Position numbers and translations under genes: made by a program | Shown here: positions 38,561 through 48,012 of the stretch, piece by piece | Layout: every line of letters begins with the position of its first letter | How positions within the stretch are numbered: position 1 is the stretch's first letter | Notes under the pieces: model-generated | The model's database searches: none | Told to the model about the DNA's origin: nothing | The model's input: the letters and a program-made list of their open reading frames with translations, nothing else | Assembly: GCA_003553505.1 (NCBI GenBank) | Contig: PWEN01000042.1 | Location: 1 to 62,876 of the forward strand | Origin: Candidatus Nealsonbacteria bacterium | GTDB taxonomy: Bacteria > Patescibacteriota > Minisyncoccia > Minisyncoccales > PWPS01 | Length of the DNA: 62,876 bases | Direction: 5' to 3'

Positions 38561-38588
38561 AAAAACCGCCGATAGCTCGGCGGCTTTT
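38561..38588 (-). terminator. Intrinsic terminator
   Basis: CCGCCGA/TCGGCGG stem, T tract on minus strand. Confidence 0.8.
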
Positions 38589-38590
38589 CT

Positions 38591-38791
38591 TTATTCTCGA
38601 TTTTCCCAATCTTCCTCGTTTTCTTCCATATCTCCTTCTTCCTCCTCCCCCACTTCTTCTTCAACTTCTTCTTCTACTACTCCTTCTTCAACTTCTTCTC
38701 CTGTTTCTTCTTTTTCTTGTTCTCTTGTCATATACCAAACCGCTATTCCAACGATGACAAGAATCAATACCAAAATTATTAAAGTATCCAT
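38591..38791 (-). CDS. Small signal-anchor protein with Glu-rich tail
   Basis: MDT, TM, acidic low-complexity tail; own -10 and terminator. Confidence 0.75.
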   Translation of the reverse strand: MDTLIILVLILVIVGIAVWYMTREQEKEETGEEVEEGVVEEEVEEEVGEEEEGDMEENEEDWENRE

Positions 38792-38809
38792 ATATCTTTT
38801 TTTGGTTTC

Positions 38810-38817
38810 TCGACCTT
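38810..38817 (-). promoter_or_regulatory. AAGGTCGA leader motif, copy 1
   Basis: 4 nt after TAAAAT, 18 nt before ATG. Confidence 0.6.
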
Positions 38818-38834
38818 GAAGATTTTAAAGAGCT

Positions 38835-40100
38835 TTACTCGGTGACCATGCCTTCTAAGTCATAAACATCACCTGCACCCATTATAACGATAACTTCTCC
38901 TCCTTGCAAGTCCTTTAGCAGTTTTTTGCTTGTTTCATTTAAATTTCCGGAGTAAGTGGCAAGCGATGCACTCATTGTTTCCGCACTTACTTTTTGCTTT
39001 ACTCCTTCTGATTCTCTTCCACTAACAGTGTATATGTCGGTTATAAGTATCTCTTGTACCGGAAGATCTGCTATTACTTCTCTGAATCTGTCAAACAACT
39101 TGTAAGATCTGTCATACTGATGAGGCTGAAATACGGCAACTATCTTTTTTTTAGGATATTTTTCCCTTGCTGCCTCTGTGGCAGCTTTTAGCTCTGTCGG
39201 GTGATGAGCATAGTCATTTATTATAGTTACCTTTTTCCCGTTTTTTAATGTAATTCTCTTCTCTTCAAATCTTCTCCAGCACCCTTTAAAGCTCTCCAGT
39301 GCCTTAATAGCCGTTTCTCTTTTTATTCCCATCTTAAGAGAAGCAGAGAGAGCCGCAAGTGCGTTATATATGTTATGTTTTCCGGGAACTTTTAGGGTTG
39401 GTTTTTTCATGCGATAACTGTAAAAAGTTACAGGAACTTTTTTAAAATCTTTCAATAAAGAAACTATGTTCTCATCGTCTTTGTTGGCAACAATTCCTTC
39501 TTTTACATTTTCGATGTAGCTACGGAACGTATTTTTTATGTCATCGAGGTCTTTATAGTAATCAAGATGATCCTCTTCTATGTTTGTTAGCACACATAGA
39601 TCGGGATGATAATTTAAAAATGATGCCTTGAACTCATCAGCTTCTATGAGAAGATAGTTTGAGCTTCCCTTGCGATAATTGGAATCCCCAAACTCTTTTA
39701 ACTTTGTTCCTATTATAACTGTAGGATCGAGCCCTGCTTTTATCATTACAAGAGACAACATAGATGTCGTTGTGCTCTTTCCGTGTGTTCCGGAAACAGT
39801 TATGGTGTAGTATTTTTTTGTCAGATCACCGAGTGCCTGCGGGTAACTTTGAATTTTTACACCAAGCTCTTTTGCGCGCTCCATCTCAGGATTACTTTCT
39901 TCCACTGCCGGACTATAGACAACAAGATCGACATCTTCGGGCACATGTGTGGCAGAGTGTCCCTTGAAATAGCTCATACCTTCTTCCTCTATTGTTTTTC
40001 CTGATATGTCTGAGCCGCTAACATTGTGTCCTTCTGACAAGAAATGCTTTGCAAGAGCGGAAATTCCTATCCCCCCTACTCCTATAAAGTGAATTTTCAT
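38835..40100 (-). CDS. murC: UDP-MurNAc--L-Ala ligase
   Basis: HFIGVGGIGISALA, GTHGKSTT, EADE, DHLDY, DYAHHP, FQPH. Confidence 0.96.
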   Translation of the reverse strand: MKIHFIGVGGIGISALAKHFLSEGHNVSGSDISGKTIEEEGMSYFKGHSATHVPEDVDLVVYSPAVEESNPEMERAKELGVKIQSYPQALGDLTKKYYTITVSGTHGKSTTTSMLSLVMIKAGLDPTVIIGTKLKEFGDSNYRKGSSNYLLIEADEFKASFLNYHPDLCVLTNIEEDHLDYYKDLDDIKNTFRSYIENVKEGIVANKDDENIVSLLKDFKKVPVTFYSYRMKKPTLKVPGKHNIYNALAALSASLKMGIKRETAIKALESFKGCWRRFEEKRITLKNGKKVTIINDYAHHPTELKAATEAAREKYPKKKIVAVFQPHQYDRSYKLFDRFREVIADLPVQEILITDIYTVSGRESEGVKQKVSAETMSASLATYSGNLNETSKKLLKDLQGGEVIVIMGAGDVYDLEGMVTE

Positions 40101-40663
40101 AGATCTATGGATTCTAATAAATTATATTGAGGCCCTTCTTTCTTTAACACACTCTCAAAAAGTGATATGGAGCTTGCCGGCAAAGACAAGGATATATCTT
40201 CTTCTACCTCAGGAATCTCTTCCTTTTCCATTTTTTTTATCTCCCACTTTCTCACTCTTCCAATTGTGATGTGTGCAAGAATATCGTCTTTTTTTGCGAA
40301 AACCACTCCTTCCTCTTCAAGATTTTTTTCTAACTCTTTTTTTAGAAGTGACAACTCTTCAGTGGTTTCTCCTTTTAACCATATGAGTTGTGGAACTCCT
40401 TTATTGTAATGGTAGCAAACCTTAAAAAAAGGTACTTCAAAAGGATCGATCATCTTAGATGTCTTTTTTGCAGCAAATATAAGCTTCTCTATTTTTTCTT
40501 CTTTGATGCCGCCAACAAAAATAAGGGTCAAGTGGATGTTCTCTTTTTCGACCCATTTTACGGAACCATGAGGAAAAAGGCTCTTTTTCTCTTCTAGTAT
40601 ATTCCAAATCTTTTCTCTTTTTTCTTGATCGGGGTTTATGGCAAAAAATACGCGCTTAATCAT
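40097..40663 (-). CDS. thpR: RNA 2',3'-cyclic phosphodiesterase
   Basis: Two HxT motifs (HLTL, HITI), R.FFAI, S.L...GP.Y. Confidence 0.88.
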   Translation of the reverse strand: MIKRVFFAINPDQEKREKIWNILEEKKSLFPHGSVKWVEKENIHLTLIFVGGIKEEKIEKLIFAAKKTSKMIDPFEVPFFKVCYHYNKGVPQLIWLKGETTEELSLLKKELEKNLEEEGVVFAKKDDILAHITIGRVRKWEIKKMEKEEIPEVEEDISLSLPASSISLFESVLKKEGPQYNLLESIDL

Positions 40664-40732
40664 GATATTTTAACCATAGCATTTTAAAAGGATTTTGTAT
40701 AATCTCCTGATTTATAATATAATGCTAAAGAA

Positions 40733-41155
40733 ATGAAGAAAGAAGAAACAGAAATTCAAGAGATCATAAACCACTACTTTTTCACAAAAGGGTTCAGTCT
40801 TGAGGACATAAAGGAAAACTCAAAGAAGAAAAAGATAGTCTATTCGCGTCATACGCGACCCGCAAAAGACTTGCTTGAGCTTGCCGGAAGCACAAAAAAA
40901 GCAAAAAAGGCAATAGATAAGGTCGCTGCTTGGGCGAAGTCAAGGAACCTGGACTATGCCATTGAAACTGTTTTCAAGAAGTGGCCGGAGATAGACAAGT
41001 TAAAGGCGAAAGAGAAAGAGAAAAAACCTTATTATTGCGGAGATCTCATGGTAAAATCAAAGAGAAACGGTAAGTGGTATGTGATCGATAAAAGTGGTGA
41101 ATGGTTGGAGTTTGCGGGAAAAGAAGAGGATATAGAATGGAGATTAGAAGATTAA
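40733..41155 (+). CDS. Hypothetical protein (140 aa, basic)
   Basis: Clean ORF with TATAAT 9 nt upstream; co-oriented with fmt. Confidence 0.75.
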   Translation: MKKEETEIQEIINHYFFTKGFSLEDIKENSKKKKIVYSRHTRPAKDLLELAGSTKKAKKAIDKVAAWAKSRNLDYAIETVFKKWPEIDKLKAKEKEKKPYYCGDLMVKSKRNGKWYVIDKSGEWLEFAGKEEDIEWRLED

Positions 41156-41166
41156 TAAATTAATTT

Positions 41167-42054
41167 ATGAAGATAATATTTGCAGGAAACTCGCGTTTTG
41201 CAGAAATAACGCTAAAAGAGATTATAAAAAAAGGAGTGGTTCCTTCTCTTGTTTTGTCTGACAAAGACGATGTTTGCTTTAAGGCGGCAGAAAGTGAAGG
41301 AGTAAATGTTAAAAGTGTAGAAACTAAAGACTCTTTTCATGAAACGATAAAAAAGGAAGATCCTGATTTGGTAATTGTCGCTTCTTTTGGGGTCATTATT
41401 GATAGCAAAACTCTTTCGCTTGCCGAATTTGTAAACTTACATCCCTCTCTTCTTCCTCTTTATCGTGGATCCTCCCCTATACAAACAGCCATAATGGAGG
41501 GAGTAGAAAGAAGTGGAGTAACAGTAATAGAGATGAGTGAGGAGGTGGATAGTGGTCCCATACTTTCTTCAAAAGAAGCTTTGCTTGGAAGCAAGATAAC
41601 TTACCCGGAAGCAGAAGAGTTGCTTGCCAAAGAAGGGTCTGCTCTTCTTTCTTCTGTTGTTTCTAATATGGAAAATATAGAGAAAGTTGAGCAAGACCAC
41701 TCAAAAGCAACTTATACAAAAAAAATGACAAGAGAAGATGGAAGAATAGACTGGAATAAGAGTGCTCAAGAGATAGAGAGAAGAGTAAGAGCTCTTAATC
41801 CTTGGCCGGGAACCTTTTCTGAGACAGATATGGGTAGAATAAAAATATTAGAAGCTTATATTCAGGAGCAAACCAATCACGGCCCTTTTGGAGAGGTCGG
41901 AAAGACATATCTTGCCACCAATAGCATGATTGCGGTACAAACAGGCAGAGACTTCCTTTTGATAAGTAAATTGCAAATGGAGGGCAAGAACCCTGTGTCG
42001 GCTAAAGAGTTCCTTAACGGCAATATCGGGTTTGTGGGAACAGTGTTAAAATAG
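41167..42054 (+). CDS. fmt: Methionyl-tRNA formyltransferase
   Basis: NLHPSLLP.YRG.SPIQ, D.GP, RALNPWPG. Confidence 0.93.
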   Translation: MKIIFAGNSRFAEITLKEIIKKGVVPSLVLSDKDDVCFKAAESEGVNVKSVETKDSFHETIKKEDPDLVIVASFGVIIDSKTLSLAEFVNLHPSLLPLYRGSSPIQTAIMEGVERSGVTVIEMSEEVDSGPILSSKEALLGSKITYPEAEELLAKEGSALLSSVVSNMENIEKVEQDHSKATYTKKMTREDGRIDWNKSAQEIERRVRALNPWPGTFSETDMGRIKILEAYIQEQTNHGPFGEVGKTYLATNSMIAVQTGRDFLLISKLQMEGKNPVSAKEFLNGNIGFVGTVLK

Positions 42055-42909
42055 GTCTATATAACCCTTGAAGTCCTTGCCTATATCTTCTCTCATCATG
42101 GCAAACTCCACGGATGTTTTGAGATAGCTTAAAGGATCTCCTGTGGTATGCCACTTCCCTTCTATCGGTTGCGCTATTACACTTTTTCCTTTCTTTGTAA
42201 GATTGTTTATCATATCTGCCACCCACAGCTCTCCATCTTTTCCGGTGGAAGTTTTTTGGACCTCCTCAATAACCTCATAAGAAAAAACAAATCTTCCGAA
42301 CTGGGCTTTATTCGAAGGAGCTTCTTCTGCCGGAAGTTTCTCATAAACCCCTTCTACCTCTTTTCCCTTCTTATATTTTACAGTGCCGTATCGGTGAACC
42401 TCTTCTTTTGGAACGTCTTGAACTCCCAGTACAGCGGATGGAGACTCTTTTTCAAAAACATCTATCAGTTGCTTTGTTACGGGCTCTCTGGAAATTGTAA
42501 GGTCGTCTCCGAACATATACACAAAAGACTCTTTTTTGTCCATGAGTGGAGCAATACAGCGTAAAGGAGTGGCGTTTCCATAAGGTTGGTCATTGTTTTG
42601 TCTTACATAGACAAAGTTTGCCATCCGTGGTATTTTTTTTATCCTTTCAAGTCTTTCTTTTTTTCCTGATTTTTCAAGTTCGTTTTCAAGCAGCGCATGA
42701 GAGTCAAAGTAGTCTTCAAGTGCTCCTTGTCCTGCACGAGTAACAATGATTATGTCCTTTATCCCGGAGTTAACTGCTTCTTCTACGAGATAATGGATTA
42801 TAGGCTTGTCCACAATGGGAAGCATCTCTTTTGGTTGATTTTTTGTTGCTGGAAGGAATCTTGTTCCATATCCAGCAGCGGCGATAACAGCTTTTGTTAC
42901 TTTACTCAT
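42046..42909 (-). CDS. galU: UTP--glucose-1-phosphate uridylyltransferase
   Basis: AAGYGTRFLPATK..PKEMLPIVDKP. Confidence 0.88.
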   Translation of the reverse strand: MSKVTKAVIAAAGYGTRFLPATKNQPKEMLPIVDKPIIHYLVEEAVNSGIKDIIIVTRAGQGALEDYFDSHALLENELEKSGKKERLERIKKIPRMANFVYVRQNNDQPYGNATPLRCIAPLMDKKESFVYMFGDDLTISREPVTKQLIDVFEKESPSAVLGVQDVPKEEVHRYGTVKYKKGKEVEGVYEKLPAEEAPSNKAQFGRFVFSYEVIEEVQKTSTGKDGELWVADMINNLTKKGKSVIAQPIEGKWHTTGDPLSYLKTSVEFAMMREDIGKDFKGYIDLF

Positions 42910-42922
42910 AATATATTTAAAT

Positions 42923-43540
42923 TTATCTATTACCTATAATGGCAAACATCGACTTTATTTTGCCATCTCTTCTATATGAAAAATAACTATCGCTCATGCA
43001 GTATGTGCAGTCCGCGTTGACCTTTATCTTGTTCAAACCTTCTTTAATCAAAGCCTCTTTTGCTGCTTTTTTTAGGTCAACAAACATTTTTCCTTTATTT
43101 TTTTCAGTTAACAAAGGAAACTTGGAAGCAACATCTTCTTTTACTTCAAAGTGGCACTTTCCTATTCCTGGTCCTATATAAGCATTCATCTCACTGTCAT
43201 GAATTTCTCTCATCTTTAAAGCTCCAGACCTCAAAACTCCTGATATTAATCCTTTCCATCCCGCATGAAAAATTCCTACTGCCTTGTTGGTCCATAAAAA
43301 AACAGGAATGCAGTCAGCAACTGGCACGCCGATAAATAAATCTTTCTCTTTTGTAATTAATCCGTCCACACTTTTTATTGTTTTTCCTGCATGAGAACTA
43401 TTTACAACTTTTACTTTATTTCCGTGTACATTTTCACTTAAAACAAGCAAGGATATGTCATTTCTCCTAAGAAAAGCATCTTTATTTTTTTTATCATCCA
43501 TTGATCCATCACTTTTTTTGGAAAGAACTATTCTTGTCAT
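42923..43540 (-). CDS. pgeF: PgeF/YfiH family protein
   Basis: VHG, DGLIT, ADC.PV, HAGW.G, GPGI, FSYRR. Confidence 0.9.
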   Translation of the reverse strand: MTRIVLSKKSDGSMDDKKNKDAFLRRNDISLLVLSENVHGNKVKVVNSSHAGKTIKSVDGLITKEKDLFIGVPVADCIPVFLWTNKAVGIFHAGWKGLISGVLRSGALKMREIHDSEMNAYIGPGIGKCHFEVKEDVASKFPLLTEKNKGKMFVDLKKAAKEALIKEGLNKIKVNADCTYCMSDSYFSYRRDGKIKSMFAIIGNR

Positions 43541-44073
43541 ATAAAAAGCGGGGTTATAAATGACTCTATGAGAGCGGCAATAAACACTAATGGAATAATA
43601 ACTTTAACAAAAAAGATAAGCACTTTTTTGACCAAAGGTTTCATCTCTTTTTGTTTTATAAAGTTGTATCCAAGGAAGATCCCTAGGCCTGAGGCCATCA
43701 TCGCCGCAGGTAGTTCTATTATGCCATGAGGCGCAAGCAAAAGAAATATTCCCTTAACTCCTGCTGTATCTATAAAAAGGGAAACAACTATACCTAGTAT
43801 CCCTCCGTTTATGACCATGAAAAGAAAAGGAATAACACCGAATGCAACTCCCGTGATGAGCGCAAAAAACATACTAAAGGAGTTGTTTGCAAATATAAGC
43901 GCAAAAAGCTCAAAGGAGTTCAAGTCTTTTATGAAAGATAAATCTTCTCCCATCTCTGAGAAGATTTCCATGGCGATACCCGGATTAGAGGTAGCATAAA
44001 AATAACCTAAAACAGAAGATACCACAAAGACTATAGCCGATATTATGGTGCAGTAAAATATTTCTTTTTTCAT
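43537..44073 (-). CDS. SpoIIM/DUF95 family membrane protein
   Basis: IFANN, NG..LG, PHGIIELPA, AALIES.ITP. Confidence 0.88.
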   Translation of the reverse strand: MKKEIFYCTIISAIVFVVSSVLGYFYATSNPGIAMEIFSEMGEDLSFIKDLNSFELFALIFANNSFSMFFALITGVAFGVIPFLFMVINGGILGIVVSLFIDTAGVKGIFLLLAPHGIIELPAAMMASGLGIFLGYNFIKQKEMKPLVKKVLIFFVKVIIPLVFIAALIESFITPLFI

Positions 44074-45710
44074 ATGTTTTTTATTGTTTCCATGTCTTTA
44101 TCTTTTATCTCTTTTAACTTCTCTTTTTCCATATCAATAATCTCTCCTATGAACTGCCCTGAAGAGAGGTGTGGAAGAAAAACGTAATCCGCTCCTTTTT
44201 TATAAAGTTCTATCGCATCACTGTCTGTCTCTGCTCGCAGAATAATAGTTAAAGGGGGCTCCTTGAGCTTGTTTAGTAGGAAAAGATTGTCTTCTATGTT
44301 AGGACTTGTAGATATTACCGTTTTTGTTTTTGAAAGATCTATGCTTTCAAACAAATGAGGATCTGTTATGTCCGCAAACAAGCAAGATATACCTTTTTTC
44401 TTTAAGTTTTCTATTACAAACGGGTCAAAATCTATTACCATTACCTCTTTTTGGGGCATGCACGACAACACTCCCCTTCCCGTCCTGTTTCCTCCGAACA
44501 TCACTATCGGTTTTGAGTTTGCCTTCAAGAAGGAAACGCCTTCTTCACTTAATGCATCTTTTCCTATAAAAGGAGATATAATTGCAAATATCTTCTCTGC
44601 GTAAAGTATGAGATAAGTTGAGACAGTGATAGTTACAACTCCTACTGCAGCTATAAGAGTAAATATCTCGTTTTCAATGTGTCCCAGTGTCAGTCCCATG
44701 GTTCCCACTATAAGACTAAACTCTGATATCTGTGCTACCGTGAGACCCGTAAGGAAAGAAGTTCTCTTTTTATATCCCAGCAGATTCATTATGAAGAAAA
44801 CAATGAGAGGATTACCGATAAGAACAAAAAAGGAAAATGTTATAATGGGAACGATCATTCCTGATATCTCTGACACGACCATTAATGATCCCAGCATGGC
44901 AAAGAATGCGAGTATAAAGAAATCTCTCAAAGGACGTATTCTGCTTGCGATGTGGTATTTTTGCGAGGAGTTGGCGAGAGCAAGACCTCCCAAGAATCCC
45001 GCAAGTTCGATTGAGAATCCTATGCTCTCCATAACAACAACAAGAAGAAAAACCCAAGCAAGAGTAAAAAGAAATATAAGTTCTTGTGATCTTGATATTT
45101 TATCAAATATAACTGGAAAAAGTCTCACTCCCAAATAGAGTGTCACTAAAAAAAACACGACACCCTGAAGAGTAATATATAAAATAGGAACAAGAGAGAC
45201 TTCCTTGCCTGCGTCAAGTCCTGCCAAGAGCACAAGGATAACAACCACCACAAAGTCCTGTACTAAAAGAAGGCCGATAGATATTCTTCCATAAAGACTG
45301 TTTATGGCGTTCTTGTCGGAAAGTAGCTTAATTATTATGACTGTACTGGAAAAAGTGAGCGCTATTGCTATATAGGCGGAAGTTAATGCTTCAAACCCGA
45401 AAAATATATTTGCAATTATGTATCCGAAAAAGAAAGTGAACAATACCTGACCGACTCCTATGGCAAGAGAAACCCTTCCCACCTTCCTTAGGGATGTGTA
45501 GTCCATTTCCAGACCAACAAGAAAAAGTAGGAGAGTTACTCCTACAGAGGAAAGCAGGCGTATGCTTTCCTGGTCTTCCAGATTTAATAGTCCAAAGTAT
45601 CCTATTAGCAGTCCGGTAAAAAGATAGGCAAGAATGAGTGGTTGCCTTAAGATCTTCGCCAGCACTCCTAAGATTGCAGCGACTCCGAATATTATGGCGA
45701 TATCCGTCAT
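44070..45710 (-). CDS. Cation:proton antiporter (CPA2, KefB/C-like) with RCK domain
   Basis: LLF.VGLE, SST, LLVQD, QISEFS, C-terminal GADYV. Confidence 0.9.
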   Translation of the reverse strand: MTDIAIIFGVAAILGVLAKILRQPLILAYLFTGLLIGYFGLLNLEDQESIRLLSSVGVTLLLFLVGLEMDYTSLRKVGRVSLAIGVGQVLFTFFFGYIIANIFFGFEALTSAYIAIALTFSSTVIIIKLLSDKNAINSLYGRISIGLLLVQDFVVVVILVLLAGLDAGKEVSLVPILYITLQGVVFFLVTLYLGVRLFPVIFDKISRSQELIFLFTLAWVFLLVVVMESIGFSIELAGFLGGLALANSSQKYHIASRIRPLRDFFILAFFAMLGSLMVVSEISGMIVPIITFSFFVLIGNPLIVFFIMNLLGYKKRTSFLTGLTVAQISEFSLIVGTMGLTLGHIENEIFTLIAAVGVVTITVSTYLILYAEKIFAIISPFIGKDALSEEGVSFLKANSKPIVMFGGNRTGRGVLSCMPQKEVMVIDFDPFVIENLKKKGISCLFADITDPHLFESIDLSKTKTVISTSPNIEDNLFLLNKLKEPPLTIILRAETDSDAIELYKKGADYVFLPHLSSGQFIGEIIDMEKEKLKEIKDKDMETIKNI

Positions 45711-46747
45711 TTGTTTATATACACTGTGCGAGTCGGGAAAGCCATGGAGATGCCTTCCTTCTCAAACTCTCTTTTTACTTTAAAAAGAATGCTTTGATGA
45801 ACATCCATGTACTCTTTGAAGTCATGAGAATTAACATAGTAAACTACGGTAAAGCTCAACGAAGAGTCGCCAAACTGGTTAAAGTGTGCCCTCTCAAAGT
45901 CAGCAAGCTCTTCTTCCTCTATTACTTTTTCTACTATCCCGGGAATCTTTTCCAGTTTTTCGGAAGGTGTGTCATATGTTACACCAAAATCAAAGCTTCT
46001 CCTTCTGCTTTCCAGATCTTTGAAGTTGTGTATCTGTGCAGAAGTAAGTTCTCTGTTTGATATAACTATCTCTTCTCCTTGTAGTGCACGTAAGCGAGTT
46101 GTCTTTATTCCTATTCTCTCCACTGTACCGAGCTTGTCACCTACTATTATAAAGTCTCCTTCCACAAAAGGTTTATCAAAAAAGATGGCAAAGGAGCTGA
46201 AAAGATCTGAAAGAATGTTTTGCAGAGCAAAACCGACGGCAATACCCCCTATACCAAGTCCGGCAACAAGGGCAGTAATATTCACTCCCATTGTGGAAAG
46301 AAAGACAAGCAGCGCAAAGAACCAAAGCATGGCCTTTACTACACGAACTATTATTCCCAGAGAAGCTTCTTGTTTCTTTTCTTCATCGAGTTGTTTTTCT
46401 ACAAAAAAATCAATTACTTGTTGGAGAGAGATGACCGCTCTTATTGATATCCATGCCACAAGGATCGCAAAAAGGATCACTGAGGCAGACTTGGGAATAT
46501 TCAAAATGAGAAGCGCTATGTAAAGCGACAAGAACCCGTAAAAGGCGGGCCTTATTCTGTCTATTATCTTTACTACAAGCTCCCCTACTTCACTTCCTTT
46601 TGTTATCTTTTTTATCTTTCTAAGTATTATAAGCTTGAATATTGCAAAGAAAGAAAGGAGAACAAGCAATAAAACTAAAGAAGAGGCATACTGTGCAATA
46701 GTATTGCCAAAATATTCCAACTCCATTTTTGTTAATATATCATCCAT
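45707..46747 (-). CDS. MscS-family mechanosensitive channel
   Basis: AGLGIGG.AVGFALQ, DKPF..GDFI, G.VE.IG...TR, AFPT. Confidence 0.93.
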   Translation of the reverse strand: MDDILTKMELEYFGNTIAQYASSLVLLLVLLSFFAIFKLIILRKIKKITKGSEVGELVVKIIDRIRPAFYGFLSLYIALLILNIPKSASVILFAILVAWISIRAVISLQQVIDFFVEKQLDEEKKQEASLGIIVRVVKAMLWFFALLVFLSTMGVNITALVAGLGIGGIAVGFALQNILSDLFSSFAIFFDKPFVEGDFIIVGDKLGTVERIGIKTTRLRALQGEEIVISNRELTSAQIHNFKDLESRRRSFDFGVTYDTPSEKLEKIPGIVEKVIEEEELADFERAHFNQFGDSSLSFTVVYYVNSHDFKEYMDVHQSILFKVKREFEKEGISMAFPTRTVYINK

Positions 46748-46750
46748 AGT

Positions 46751-47431
46751 TTATATGTTATCAAAATTTTTAAAAAAGAAAACATTCTTTAGTGGTATAA
46801 GTTTTTCGTTTTCAATATTAACGCAGTCCTTTACGGAAAAATCCCCCACCCTGTCTCTTCTAAGGTCATAAAGATAGGCTCCGCAAGAAAGTTTTTCTCC
46901 TAAATCCCTTGCTAAAGAGCGAATATAAACTCCTGATCCTGTTACCGTTCTTATTTTTATAAAGGGATACTTATAAAGTATAATGTCATTCTCTTTTATG
47001 AAAACTTTTCTTTTTTTCATTTCGGGAGGAGTTCCCTTTCTTGCTAGCTTATAAGCTTCTTTTCCTTTTATTTTTACAGCCGAAAAAGCAGGTGGAGTTT
47101 GATATATCTCCCCTATAAAAGAACTCAAAGCAGTTCTTGTTTCTTCCAAAGAGGGTCTTTTAAAGGAGACTCTTTCTTTTCTACCCTCTTTATCATCTGT
47201 CTCACTTTTTTTCCCAAGCAGAATAAGGGCGGTATACTCCTTTTCGTTGAGTTGTTCGGAAAACAGATTCTTTGTTCCTTTATTGTACCCTACCACAAGC
47301 ACTCCTTGAGCCAAGGGGTCGAGTGTACCTGCATGACCCCACTTTTTCACGCCGGTTATCCCCTGAATTCTATTTAGCATTTCACGGGATGTAATGTTTT
47401 TTGGCTTGTATACGGCAAAAACTTCTTTCAT
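46751..47431 (-). CDS. truB: tRNA pseudouridine(55) synthase (short)
   Basis: GHAGTLDPLA.GVL, PP.FSA.K..G...Y..AR, G.YIRSLARDLG. Confidence 0.94.
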   Translation of the reverse strand: MKEVFAVYKPKNITSREMLNRIQGITGVKKWGHAGTLDPLAQGVLVVGYNKGTKNLFSEQLNEKEYTALILLGKKSETDDKEGRKERVSFKRPSLEETRTALSSFIGEIYQTPPAFSAVKIKGKEAYKLARKGTPPEMKKRKVFIKENDIILYKYPFIKIRTVTGSGVYIRSLARDLGEKLSCGAYLYDLRRDRVGDFSVKDCVNIENEKLIPLKNVFFFKNFDNI

Positions 47432-48012
47432 TTTATAGATTTGAATCCTTGCAAGAGAGTTTCTTTTTGATGTGGATTGTGTACGGCGGCTGCGGGATGA
47501 AGAAGAGGAACTATTTTTATATCACCGTAATTTGTTTTTGCAAAGAAAACTTTTCCGTGCATCTGTGTTATTGGTAGTATATCTTTTTCTAAACCAAATT
47601 TTGTAAGTATGTAAGCGGCTGAAAATCTTCCCAAGGGAGATATTGTTTCCGGCTTTATGATGTTTATCTGTCTGTCTAAAAAAGGGGCATACAACTCTAT
47701 CTCATCCGGGTAAGGATCTCTGTTATTAGGGGGACGATCCTTTATTATATTTGTAATATAAGTGCTTTCACGCTCTATCCCTACTTCTTGGAGGCACCAG
47801 TCAAGAACTTTTCCCGCTGTGCCGCAAAACGGTCTACCACGCTTTGCTTCATTTGCTCCGGGAGCTTCACCGATAAACATGATCTTGGCATCATGATCAC
47901 CCTCCCCTATTACCGGAAAAGCACCGTTTGCAACTCTTTCCTTGTAAAGTGGAGACTCGTTTAAGTCTAGCACTTGTTCTTTTATCTCTCTTAAAAGTTC
48001 TTTTTTTGTCAT
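47428..48012 (-). CDS. Uracil-DNA glycosylase family 4
   Basis: GEAPG..E...GRPF, RPPNNRDP, HPAA. Confidence 0.92.
   Translation of the reverse strand: MTKKELLREIKEQVLDLNESPLYKERVANGAFPVIGEGDHDAKIMFIGEAPGANEAKRGRPFCGTAGKVLDWCLQEVGIERESTYITNIIKDRPPNNRDPYPDEIELYAPFLDRQINIIKPETISPLGRFSAAYILTKFGLEKDILPITQMHGKVFFAKTNYGDIKIVPLLHPAAAVHNPHQKETLLQGFKSIK

Noticed and set aside
43537-44073. Sporulation implied by SpoIIM and GerMN domains
   Set aside because: Both families are widespread in non-sporulating organisms
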